From positions 119,228,001 to 119,292,000 of the forward strand of contig NC_045697.1 of the NCBI RefSeq assembly GCF_009834535.1: DNA of 64,000 nt, given 5' to 3'. The DNA is from Camelus ferus (Eukaryota). Position numbers and translations under genes: made by a program. Under the pieces are notes generated by a model. The model was not told the DNA's origin, did not search any database, and saw nothing but the letters and a program-made list of their open reading frames with translations. Shown one piece after another: positions 53,795 through 64,000 of this stretch. Positions within the stretch are counted from its first letter, which is position 1. Each line of letters begins with the position of its first letter.

Positions 53795-54870
53795 AGATGA
53801 ACGAACATCTCTCCACATGCTCAGTTCTGAGGGATAAGTGTGTGTAAAAGCCGTTGTTCACGTAGTGTGTTGGGAACACAAAGTTTCTTTTCAGTTGTAA
53901 ACTTCAGTCAATACTTATACATGTGTAGGTACTAATTCCAACTCGGTTTTACAGTGAAAACTGCAGGATCTTCAAAACGGCAATAGGAAACAGACTGAGA
54001 ATCCAAAGAAAAAGTTTCTCCTGCAACCCGTTCGCTTGGTGCTACATGAAAGAATATCTCTCCAATAGCTCAGTTCTGAGAGAAAATTGTGTGTGAAAGC
54101 CGTACTTAAACTAGCTTGTTGGGAACACAATGTTTCTTTTCAGGTGCAATCTCCACCCATACATATATATGGGGATGTACTAGTTCCAAATCGAATTTAC
54201 AGTGAAAACTGCAGGAACTTCAAACCGGCACTAGGAAAGAGACTGAGAAACCAGAGTAAAAGTTTCTCCTGCAACACATTTCCTTGGTGCTAGATGAAAG
54301 ATCGACACTCCACATGCTCAGTTCTGAGAGATAATTGTGTGTGAAAGCCTTCCTTCACTTGGCTTGTAGGGAACATAAAGTTTCTTTTCAGGTGTAAACT
54401 CCAATCCATACATATATATGGGGATGTACTAGCTCAAACCATGCTTTACAGTGAAAACTGCAGGATCTTCAAACCGGCAGTAGGAAACAGACAGATAAAC
54501 GAGAGTAAAAGTTTCTCCTGCAACCCGTTCCTTTTGTTCTAGATGAAAGAAAATCTCTCCAATTGCTCAGTTCTGAGAAATAAGTGTGTGTTAAAGCCAT
54601 CCTTCACATAGCTTGGTGGGAACACAAAGTTTCTTTTCAGTTCAATCTCCACTCCATACATATATATGGGGAGGTACTAGATCCAACCCGGTTTTACAGT
54701 CAAAACTGCAGGAACTTCAATCCAGCCCTGGGAATCAGACTGAGAAGACAAAGTAAAAGTTTCAATTGCATCCGTTTCCCTTGGTCTTAGATGAACGAAC
54801 ATATCTCCATATGCTCTGTTCTAGAGATAAGTGTGTGTGAAAGCCTTCCTTCACCTAGCTTGTTGTGAAC

Positions 54871-54970
54871 NNNNNNNNNNNNNNNNNNNNNNNNNNNNNN
54901 NNNNNNNNNNNNNNNNNNNNNNNNNNNNNNNNNNNNNNNNNNNNNNNNNNNNNNNNNNNNNNNNNNNNNN
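54871..54970. other. Assembly gap (100 N, typical placeholder for a gap of unknown size)
   Basis: Exactly 100 consecutive N. Confidence 0.99.
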
Positions 54971-57900
54971 ACAATGTTTCTTTTCAGTAACAAACTCCAA
55001 TCCATACATATATATTGGGGGTAATAGTTCCTACTCCGTTTACAGTGAAAACTGCAGGAACTTCAAACCGGCACTAGGAAACACACTGAGAAACAAGAGT
55101 AAATTTTTCTCCTGCAACTCTTCCATTTTGCTAGATGAACGAACGTCTATCCACATGACAAATTCTGAGAGATATATGTGTGTGAAAGCCGTCCTTCACC
55201 TAACTTGTTGGGAACACAAAGTTCCTTTTCAGGTGCAAACTCCACTCCATAATATATATGGGGAGGTACTAGCTCCAAATTGGTTTTACAGTGAAAACTG
55301 CAGGAAATTCAAACCGGCAATAGGAAACAGACTGAGAAACCAGAGTAAAAGTTTCTCCTGCAACCCGTTCCATTTTTGCTAGATGAACGAACGTCTCTCC
55401 ACATTCTCAGTTCTGAGAGTTAAGTGTGTGTGAAAGCAGTCCTTCACCTAGCTTGTTGGGAACACAAAGATTCTTTTCAGGTGCAAACACCACAGCATAC
55501 ATATATATAGTGAAGTACTAGATCCAGCTCGGTTTTACAGTGAAAACTGCAGGAATTTCATACCGGTTCTAGGAAACATAATAAGAACCCAGAATTAAAA
55601 TTATACCTGCAGGCCGTTCCCTTGGTGCTAGATGAACGAAACTCTCTCCACAGGCTCAGTTCTTAGAGATAAGTGTGTGTGAAAGCCGTCCTTCACCTAG
55701 CTTGTTGGGAACACAAAGTTTCTTTTCAGGTGCAAATTCCACTACATACATATATATGGGGAGGTACAAGCTCCAACTCGGTTTTACAGTGAAAACTGCA
55801 GGAACTTCAAACCGGCACTAGGAAACAGACTGAGAAACCAGAGTAAAATTTTCTCCTGCAACCCGTTCCCTTGGTGCTAGATGAACGAACGACACTCCAC
55901 ATGCTAGGTTCTGAGAGATAATTCTGTGTGAAAGCCGTCCTTCAACTAGCTAGTTGGGAACACAAAGATTCTTTTCAGTATCTAACTACACTCCATATAT
56001 TTATATGGGTAGGTACTAACTCCAACTCTGTTTTACAGTGAAAACTGCAGGAACTTCAAACCAGCACTAGGAAACATACTGACAAAACCGAGTAAAACTT
56101 TCTCCTGCAACCCCTTCCATTTGTGCTAGATGAACGAACGTAACTCCACAATCTCAGTTCTGAGAGATAAGTGTGTGTGAAAGCTGTCCTTCACCTAGTT
56201 TGTTTGGAACACAAAGTTAATTTTCAGTTTGAAACTCCACTCCATACATATATTGGGAGGTAATATTACCTACTCCGTTTTACAGTGAAAACTGCAGGAA
56301 ATTCAAACCGGCACTAGGAAATAGACTGAGAAACCAGAGTAAAGTTTCTCCTGCAAGCAGTTCCTTTGTGCTAGATGAACGAAAGTCTCTCCAATTGCTC
56401 AGTTCTGAGAGATAAGTGTGTGCGAATGCAGTCATTCACCTATGTTGTTGGGAACACAATGTTTCTTTTCAGTAGCAAACTCCAATCCATACATATATAT
56501 TGGGAGGTAATAGTTCCTACTCCGTTTTACAGTGAAAACTGCAGGATATTCAAACAGGCACTAGGAAATAGACTGAGAAACCGGAGTAAACTTTCGCCTG
56601 CATACCGTTCCTTTGTGCTAGATGAACGAAAGTCTCTCCACTTGCTCAGTTCTGAGAGATAATTGTGTGCGAAAGCCGTCCTTCACCTAGGTTGTTGGGA
56701 ACACAAACTTTCTTTTCACTGGCAAACCCAATCCATACATATATATGGGGAGGTAATAGTTCCTACTCCGTTTTACAGTGAAAACTGCAGGAACTTCAAA
56801 CCCCCACTAGGAAACAGACTGAGAAACCAGAGTAAAAGTTTCCCTTGCAACACTTTCCCTTATTGCTAGATGAAAGAACGTCTCTCCACATGCTCCATTC
56901 TGAGAGATAAGTGTGTCTGAAAGCTGTCCTTCAACTAGCATGTTGGAACACATAGATTCTTTACAGTTTGAAAATCCACTCCATACATATATTTCGGGAG
57001 GTACTAGCTCCAACTCGGTTTTACTGTGAAAACTGCAGAGATTTCAAACCGGCACTAGGAAACAGACTGAGAGACCAGAGTAAAAGTTTCTCCTGTAACC
57101 CATTCCCTTGATGATAGATGATCGATAGTCTCTCCACAAGCTTAGTTCTGAGGGATAAGTGTGTGCGAAAGCCGTCCTTCAACAATTTGTTGGGAACACA
57201 AAGTTTCTTTTCAGAAGCAAACACCAATCCATACATATTTGGGGAGGTACTAGCTCCAAATCGGTTTTACAGTGAAAACTGCAGGAACTTCAAACCGGCA
57301 CTAGGAAACAGACTGAGAAAACAGGGTAAATGTTTCTCCTGCAACACGTTCCTTTTGTGCTTGATGAACGAGCGTCTATCCACATGCTGAGTTCTGAGAG
57401 ATAAGTGTGTGTGAAAGCCGTACTTCTCCTAGCTTGTTGGCAACACAAAGATTCTTTTCAGTTTCAAACTCCACTACTTAATATATATAGGGAGGTACTA
57501 GCTCCAACTCTTTTTTAAGTGAAAACTGCAGGAACTTCGAACCGGCAGTAGGAAACAGACTGAGAACCCAGAGTAAATGTTTCTCCTGCAACCCTTCGAA
57601 TTGTGCTAGATGAACGAACGTCTATCCACATGCCAAATTCTGAGAGATAAGTGTGTGTGAAAGCCGTCCTTCACCTAACTTGTTGGGAACACAAAGTTTC
57701 TTTTCATGTACAAACACCACTCCTTATAATATATGGGGAGGTACTAGCTCCAAATCAGTTTTACAGTGAAAACTGCAGGAACTTCAAACCGGCAGTAGGA
57801 AACAGACTGAGAAAACCGAGTAAAACTTTCTCCTGCAACCCCTATCATTTGTGCTAGATGAACGAACGTAAATCCACAATCTCAGTTCTGAGAGATAAGT

Positions 57901-58987
57901 GTGTGTGAAAGGAGTCCTTCACCTAGTTTGTTTGGAACACAAAGATTCTTTTCAGTTTCAAACTCCACTCAATACATATATGTTGGGATGTACTAGTTCC
58001 TACTTCGTTTTACAGTGAAAACTGCAGGAAATTCCTACCGGCACTAGGAAATAGACAGAGAAACCAGAGTAAAGTTTCTCCTGCAAGCCGTTCCTTTTGT
58101 GTTATATGAACGAAAGTCTCTCTAATTGCTCAGTTCTGAGAGATAAGTGTGTGAGAATGCCGTCCTTCACCTAGGTTGTTGGGTACACAATGTTTCTTTT
58201 CAGTAGCAAACTCCAATCCATCCATACATATATATTGGGGGGTAATAGTTCCTACTCCGTTTACAGTGAAAACTGCAGGAACTTCAAACCGGCACTAGGA
58301 AACACACTGTGAAACAAGAGTAAATTTTTCTCCTGCATCTCTTCCATTTGTGCTAGATGAACGAACGTCTATCCACATGACAAATTCTGAGAGATATATG
58401 TGTGTGAAAGCCGTCCTTCACCTAACTTGTTGGGAACACAAAGTTCCTTTTCAGGTGCAAACTCCACTCCATAAATATATATGGGGAGGTACTAGCTCCA
58501 AATTGGTTTTACAGTGAAAACTGCAGGAAATTCGAACCGGCAATAGGAAACAGACTGAGAAACCAGAGTAAAAGTTTCTCCTGCAACCCGTTCCATTTTT
58601 GCTAGATGAACGAACGCTCTCCACATTCTCAGTTCTGAGAGTTAAGTGTGTGTGAAAGCAGTCCTTCACCTAGCTTGTTGGGAACACAAAGATTCTTTTC
58701 AGGTGCAAACACCACAGCATACATATATATAGTGAAGTACTAGATCCAGCTCGGTTTTACAGTGAAAACTGCAGGAATTTCATACCGGTTCTTGGAAACA
58801 TAATAAGATCCCAGAATTAAAATTATACCTGCAAGCCGTTCCCTTGGTGCTAGATGAACGAAACTCTCTCCACAGGCTCAGTTTTTAGAGATAAGTGTGT
58901 GTGAAAGCCGTCCTTCACCTAGCTTGTTGGGAACACAAAGTTTCTTTTCAGGTGCAAATTCCACTACATACATTATATATGGGGAGG
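54971..58987. repeat. 13-monomer-period duplication (offset ~3221 bp); ~3 monomers of overlap visible
   Basis: 54971-~55770 matches ~58188-58987, e.g. CACCACAGCATAC, AGAATTAAAATTATACCTGC and CTCCACAGGCTCAG. Confidence 0.85.
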
Positions 58988-61900
58988 GGCCAGGTACTAG
59001 CTCCAACTCGGTTTACGTGAAAACTGCAGGAACTTCAAACCGGCACTAGGAAACAGACTGAGAAACCACAGTAAAAGTTTCTCCTTCAACCCGTTCCATT
59101 TGTGCTACATGACGAACGTCTCTCCACATGCTAAGTTTCTGAGAGATAATTGTGTGTGTATGCATTCCTTTAACTAGCTTGTTTGGAACACAAAGTTTCT
59201 TTTCAGTAGCAAACTCACTCCATACATATATAAGGAGAGGGTAGTAGCTCCATCATTCGGTTTATAGTGAAAACTAACTGCAGGAAACTCAAATCGGCAC
59301 TAGTAAACAGCATGAGAAAACCAAAGTGAATGTTCTCCTGCAACCCATTCACTTTTTTCTAGATGAATGAACGCTCTCTCACATTCCCAGTTCTGAGAGA
59401 TAAGTCGTGTGTGAAAGCAGTCCTTCCACATAACTGTTGGGAACACAAAGTTTCTTTTCAGGTGCAACCCCCATTCCATACATATATATGTGGAGGTACT
59501 AGCTCCAACTCGGTTTTACAGTGAAAACTGCACGAACTTCAAACCGGCACTAGGAAACAGACTGAGAAACCAGAGCAAAAGTTTCCCATGCAACACGTTC
59601 CCTTGGTGCTAGATGAACGAACGTCTCTCCACATGCTCAGTTCTGAGAGATAAGTGTGTCTGAAAGCCGTCCTTCACCTAGCATGTTAGGAACACAAAGT
59701 TTCTTTTCAGTTTCAAACTCCACTCCATACATATATATTGGGAGGTACTAATTCCTACAACGTTTTAAAGTGAAAAATGCAGGAAATTCAAAACGGCACT
59801 AGGAAATAGACTGAGAAATCAGAGTAAACTTTCTCCTGCAAGCCGTTCCTTTTGTGCTAGATGAACGAAAGTGTCTCCACTTGCTCAGTTCTCAGAGATA
59901 AGTGTGTGCGAAAGCCGTCCTTCACCTAGGTTGTTGGGAACACAAAATTTCTTTTCAGTAGCAAACTCCAATCCATACATATATATGGGGAGGTAATAGT
60001 TCCTACTCCATTTTACAGTGAAAACTGCAGGATCTTCAACCGGCACTAGGAAACAGACTGAGAAACCAGAGTAAAATTTCTCCTGCAACACGTTCCTTTT
60101 GTGGTAGATGAACGAACGTCTGTCCACATGCTGAGTTCTGAGAGATAAGTGGGTTTGAAAGCCGTACTTCTCCTAGCCTGTTGGGAACACAAAATTTCTT
60201 TTCAGTTTCTTACTCCACTATTTAATATATATAGGTAAGTACTTGCTCCAACGCTTTTTTAAAGTGAAAACTGCAGGAACTTCAAACCGGCAGTAGGAAG
60301 CAGACTGAGAAACCTGAGTAAATGTTTCTCCTGCAACACTTACATTTGTGCTAGATGAACGAACGTCCATCCACATGCCCAATTCTGAGACATAAGTGTG
60401 TGTGAAAGCCATCTTTCACCTATCTTGTTGGTAACACAAAGTTTCTTTTCAGGTGCAAACTATATTCCATACATATATATGGGGAGGGTACTAGTTCCAA
60501 ATCGGATTTACAGTGAAAAATGCAGGAAATTCAAACCGGCACTAGGAAACAGAATGAGAAACCAGAGTAAAAGTTTCTCCTGCAACCCGTTCCATTTTTG
60601 CTAGATGAACGAACGTCTCTCCACATTCTCCAGTTCTGAGAGATAAGTGTGTGTGTAAGCCGTCCTTCACCTAGTTTGTTGGGAACACAAAGATCTTTCA
60701 GGTGCAAACATCACTCCAAACATATATATGGGGTTTGTACTAGCACCAGCTCGGTTTTTACAGTGAAAACTGCAGGAACTTCAAACCGGTACTAGGAAAC
60801 AGAATAAGAAACCAGAGTTAAAATTTCCCCTGCAACCCATTCCCTTGGTGCTAGATGAACGAAAATCTCTCCACAAGCTCAGTTCTGAGAGAAAAAGTGT
60901 GTGTGAAAGCCGTCCTTCACCTAGCTTGTTGGGAACACAAAGTTTCTTTTCATGTGCAAATTCCACTCCATAGATATATATGGGGAGGTACTAGATCCAC
61001 TCGGTTTTACAGTGAAAACTGCAGGAAACTTCAAACCGGCACTAGGAAACAGACTGAGAAACCAGAGTAAAAGGTTCTCCTGCAACCCGTTCCCTTTGTG
61101 CTAGATTGAAAGAAACTCTCTCCACATTCTCAGTTCTGACAGATAAGTGTGTGTGAAAGCAGTCCTGCACCTAGCTTGTTGAACACAAAAGATTTCTTTC
61201 ATTTGCGAAAACCACTCCACTACATATATATAGGGAAAGTACTAGTTCCAGCTCGGTTTTACAGTGAAATCTGCAGGAATTTCAAAACGGCACTAGGAAA
61301 CAAAATAAGAAACCAGATTTAAATTTCTCTGCAACCCGTTCCCCTTGGTGCTAGATGAAAGAACTCTCTCCACATGCTCAGTTCTGAGAGCTAAGGTGTG
61401 TGAAAGCCGTCCTTCCTTTGCTTGTTGGAACACAAGTTATTTCAGGTGCAAATTCCACTCCATACATATATATGGGGAGGTACTAGCTCCAACTCAGGTT
61501 TTACAGTGAAACTGCAGAAACTTCTAACCGGCCATTTAGGAAAACAGACTGATATAACCACAGTAAAAATTTCTCCTGCAAACAGTTCCATTTGTGCTAG
61601 ATGAACGAACGTCTCTCCACATTGCTCATTTCTCGAGAGATATGTGTGTGTGTAAGCAGTCCTTTAACAGGCTTGTTGGGAAACAAAGTTTTCTTTTGAG
61701 TAGCAAACTCCCACTCCATACTATATAAGTTTTAGAGGGTACTGGACTCAATATCGGTTTTACAGTGAAACTGCAGGAAACTCTAATCGGCACTTAGGAA
61801 ACTTGAGAAACCAGAGTACAATTTCTCCTGCAAACCAGTTCCCCTTTTTTTTGCTAGAAGAACGAACGACACTCCACATGCTAGGTTCGAGAGATAAGTC

Positions 61901-64000
61901 TGTGGTGAAACCCGTCCTTCAACTAGCTTGTTGGGAACACAAACTTCTTTACAGTTCTAACTCCACTCCATACATATATATGGGGAGGTACTAGCTCCAA
62001 CTCGGCTTTACAGTGAAAACTGCAGGAACTTCAAACCGGCACTAGGAAACAGACTGAGAGACCAGAGTAAAAGTTGCACCTGCAAGCCGTTCCTTTTGTG
62101 CTAGATGAACGAAAGTCTCCCCACATGCTCAGTTCTAGATGATAAGTGTGTGTGAAAGCCGTACTTCTCCTTGCTTGTTGGCAACACAAAGATTCTTTTC
62201 AGTTTCAAACTCCCACTATTAAATATATATAGGGAGGTACTAGCTCCAACTCTTTTTTAAAGTGAAAACTGCAGGAACTTCAAACCGGCAGTAGGAAACA
62301 GACTGAGAACCCAGAGTAAATGTTTCTCCTGCAACCCTTCCAATTGTGCTAGATGAACGAACGTCTATCCACATGCCAATTCTGAGAGATAAGTGTGTGT
62401 GAAAGCCGTCCTTCAACCTAACTGTTGGGAACACAAAGTTTCTTTTCATGTACAAACACCACTCCTTATATATATATGGGAGGTACTAGCTCCAAATCAG
62501 TTTTACAGTGAAAACTGTAGGAATTTCATACCGGCACTAGGAAAAAGAATAAGAAACCAGACTTAAAATTTTCTCCTGCATCCCGTTCCCTTGGTGGAAA
62601 GATGAACGAAACTCTCTCCACATGCTCTGATCTGAGAGATAAGTGTGTGTGAAAGCAGTCCTTTCAGCTAGTTTGTTGGGAACACAAAGTTTCTTTTCAT
62701 GTGCCAAAAATAATCCATATATTTATATGGGGAAGTACTAGCTCCAGCTCGGTTTACAGTGAAAACTGCAGGAAATTCAAACCGGCACTAGGAAACAGAT
62801 TAAGAAACCAGAGTTAAAATTTCTCCTGCAACCCGTTCCCTTTTTGCTAGATGAACGAATCTCTCTCCACATGCTCTGATCTGAGAGATAAGTGTGTGTG
62901 TAAGCAGTCCTTTAACTAGCTTGTTGGGAACACAAAGTTTCTTTTCAGTAGCAAACTCCACTCCATACATATATAAGGAGAGGTACTAGCTCCATCTCGG
63001 TTTTACAGTGAAAAATGCAGGAACTTCTAATCGGCACTTGGAAGCAGACTGAGAAACCAGAGTAAAAGTTTCCCCTGAAAACCGTTCCTGTTTTGCTAGA
63101 TGAATGAAAGTTTATCCACTTGCTCAGTTGTGAGAGATAAGTGTGTGTGAAAGCCGTCCTTCAACTACGTTGTTGGGAACACAGAGTTTCTTTTCACAAG
63201 CAAACTCCAATCCATATATATATAAGGGGAGGTACAAGCTCCAACTCGGTTTTACAGTGAAAACTGCAGGAACTTCAAACTGGCACTAGGAAGCAGACTG
63301 AGAATCCAGAGTAATTGTTTCTCCTGCAACACGTTCTTATTGGTGCTAGATGAACGAACGTCTATCCACATGCTGAGTTCTGAGGTATAAGTGGTGTGAA
63401 AGCCGTACTTCTCCTAGCTTGTTGGGAACAGAATGATTCTTTTCAGTATCAAACTCCACTCCTTAAATATATATAGGGAGGTACTAACTCCAACTCTATT
63501 TTAAAGTTAAAACTGCAGGAAACTTCAAACCGGCAATTAGGAAACAGACTGAGAAACCACAGTAAATATTTCTCCTGCAAAACTTCCATTTGTGCTAGAT
63601 GAACGAACGTCTATCTTTATGCCCAATTCTGAGAGATAAGTGTGGTGTGAAAGCCGTCCTTCACATAACTTGTTGGGAACACAAAGTTTCTTTTCAGGGG
63701 CAAACCCCACTCCTTACATATATATGGGAAGGTAGTAGCTCCAAATCGGTTTACAGTGAAAACTGCAGGAACTTCAAACCGGCAGTAGGAAACAGACTGA
63801 GAAAAACAGAGTAAAAGTTTCTCCTGCAACCCGTTCCATTTTTGCTAGATGAATGAACGTCTCTCCACATTCTCAGTTCTGAGAGATAATTGTGTGTGAA
63901 AACCGTCCTTCAACCTAGCTTGTTGGGAACACAAAGTTTCTTTTCTGGTGCAAACACCACTCCATAGATATATATGGGGAAGTACTACAACCAAATCGGT
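54971..64000. repeat. Same ~249-bp satellite family, ~36 copies, different monomer subfamily (right contig)
   Basis: Same consensus and orientation. It carries variants I did not notice left of the gap, such as GTAATAGTTCCTACTCC (~55021, 56506, 56753, 58242, 59993) and GTACTTCTCCTAG followed by an ATGCC(C/A)AATTCTGAG monomer (~57390, 60135, 62135, 63378). Confidence 0.97.

Larger units (their letters stand above)
1..54870. repeat. Tandem satellite DNA array, ~249-bp monomer, ~221 copies, organised in higher-order repeats (left contig)
   Basis: The monomer start (TTCTGAGAGA or a variant) recurs at 1, 250, 499, 748, 995 and so on. Core motifs GGGAACACAAAGTTTCTTTTCAG, TTTTACAGTGAAAACTGCAGGAAC and CTAGATGAACGAACGTCTCTCCACATG appear once every 247-249 bp, in one orientation, with no unique sequence. 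Confidence 0.99.

Noticed and set aside
54831..55382. Longest ORF (183 aa)
   Set aside because: Its length depends on reading through the 100-N gap; the rest is satellite.
1033..63829. Numerous short ORFs (60-143 aa) on both strands with recurring peptide motifs (e.g. FYSENCRNFKPALGNRLRNQSK, LCVPNKLGEGRLSHTLISQ)
   Set aside because: They are translations of the same satellite monomer (249 bp = 83 codons, so frames recur). They appear in several frames on both strands, are broken by stops and frameshifts at variable places, and resemble no protein family I recognise.
1..64000. CRISPR array or integron-like cassette array
   Set aside because: There are no unique spacers or cassettes. The entire 249-bp unit is homologous between copies and no cas or integrase gene is present.
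1..64000. Tandem RNA gene cluster (5S rRNA, tRNA, snRNA, spliced leader) or SINE/MITE array
   Set aside because: I see no recognisable 5S, tRNA or snRNA sequence, convincing pol III A/B boxes, poly-A tails, terminal inverted repeats or target-site duplications. An Rfam/Infernal search of the consensus would settle it.

Overview
The whole window is one head-to-tail tandem satellite array of about 257 monomers. Each monomer is about 249 bp (many are 247-248 bp because of 1-2 bp deletions) and all lie in the same orientation. A 100-N assembly gap at 54871-54970 is the only interruption. Consensus read by eye: TTCTGAGAGATAAGTGTGTGTGAAAGCCGTCCTTCACCTAGCTTGTTGGGAACACAAAGTTTCTTTTCAGTTGCAAACTCCACTCCATACATATATATGGGGAGGTACTAGCTCCAACTCGGTTTTACAGTGAAAACTGCAGGAACTTCAAACCGGCACTAGGAAACAGACTGAGAAACCAGAGTAAAAGTTTCTCCTGCAACCCGTTCCCTTTGTGCTAGATGAACGAACGTCTCTCCACATGCTCAG. 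I find no genes, RNA genes, transposons or CRISPR arrays; the supplied ORFs are chance reading frames of the repeat. The interest is architectural. Neighbouring monomers are clearly diverged but recur in a fixed order, forming higher-order repeats (HORs). The left part has a 23-monomer (~5.7 kb) master order with older 7-, 4- and 2-monomer duplications nested inside it, plus 22-, 16-, 9- and 4-monomer variants made by in-register recombination. Further right are distinct sub-domains with 17-, 8-, 13- and 2-monomer duplications. The organisation resembles eukaryotic centromeric/pericentromeric satellite, but I cannot name the family or species or show function. Parts of the right end (51.8-53.8 kb and 59-62.5 kb) look like poorly polished assembly. 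All alignments were done by eye, so boundaries are approximate and the monomer letters are my own labels.
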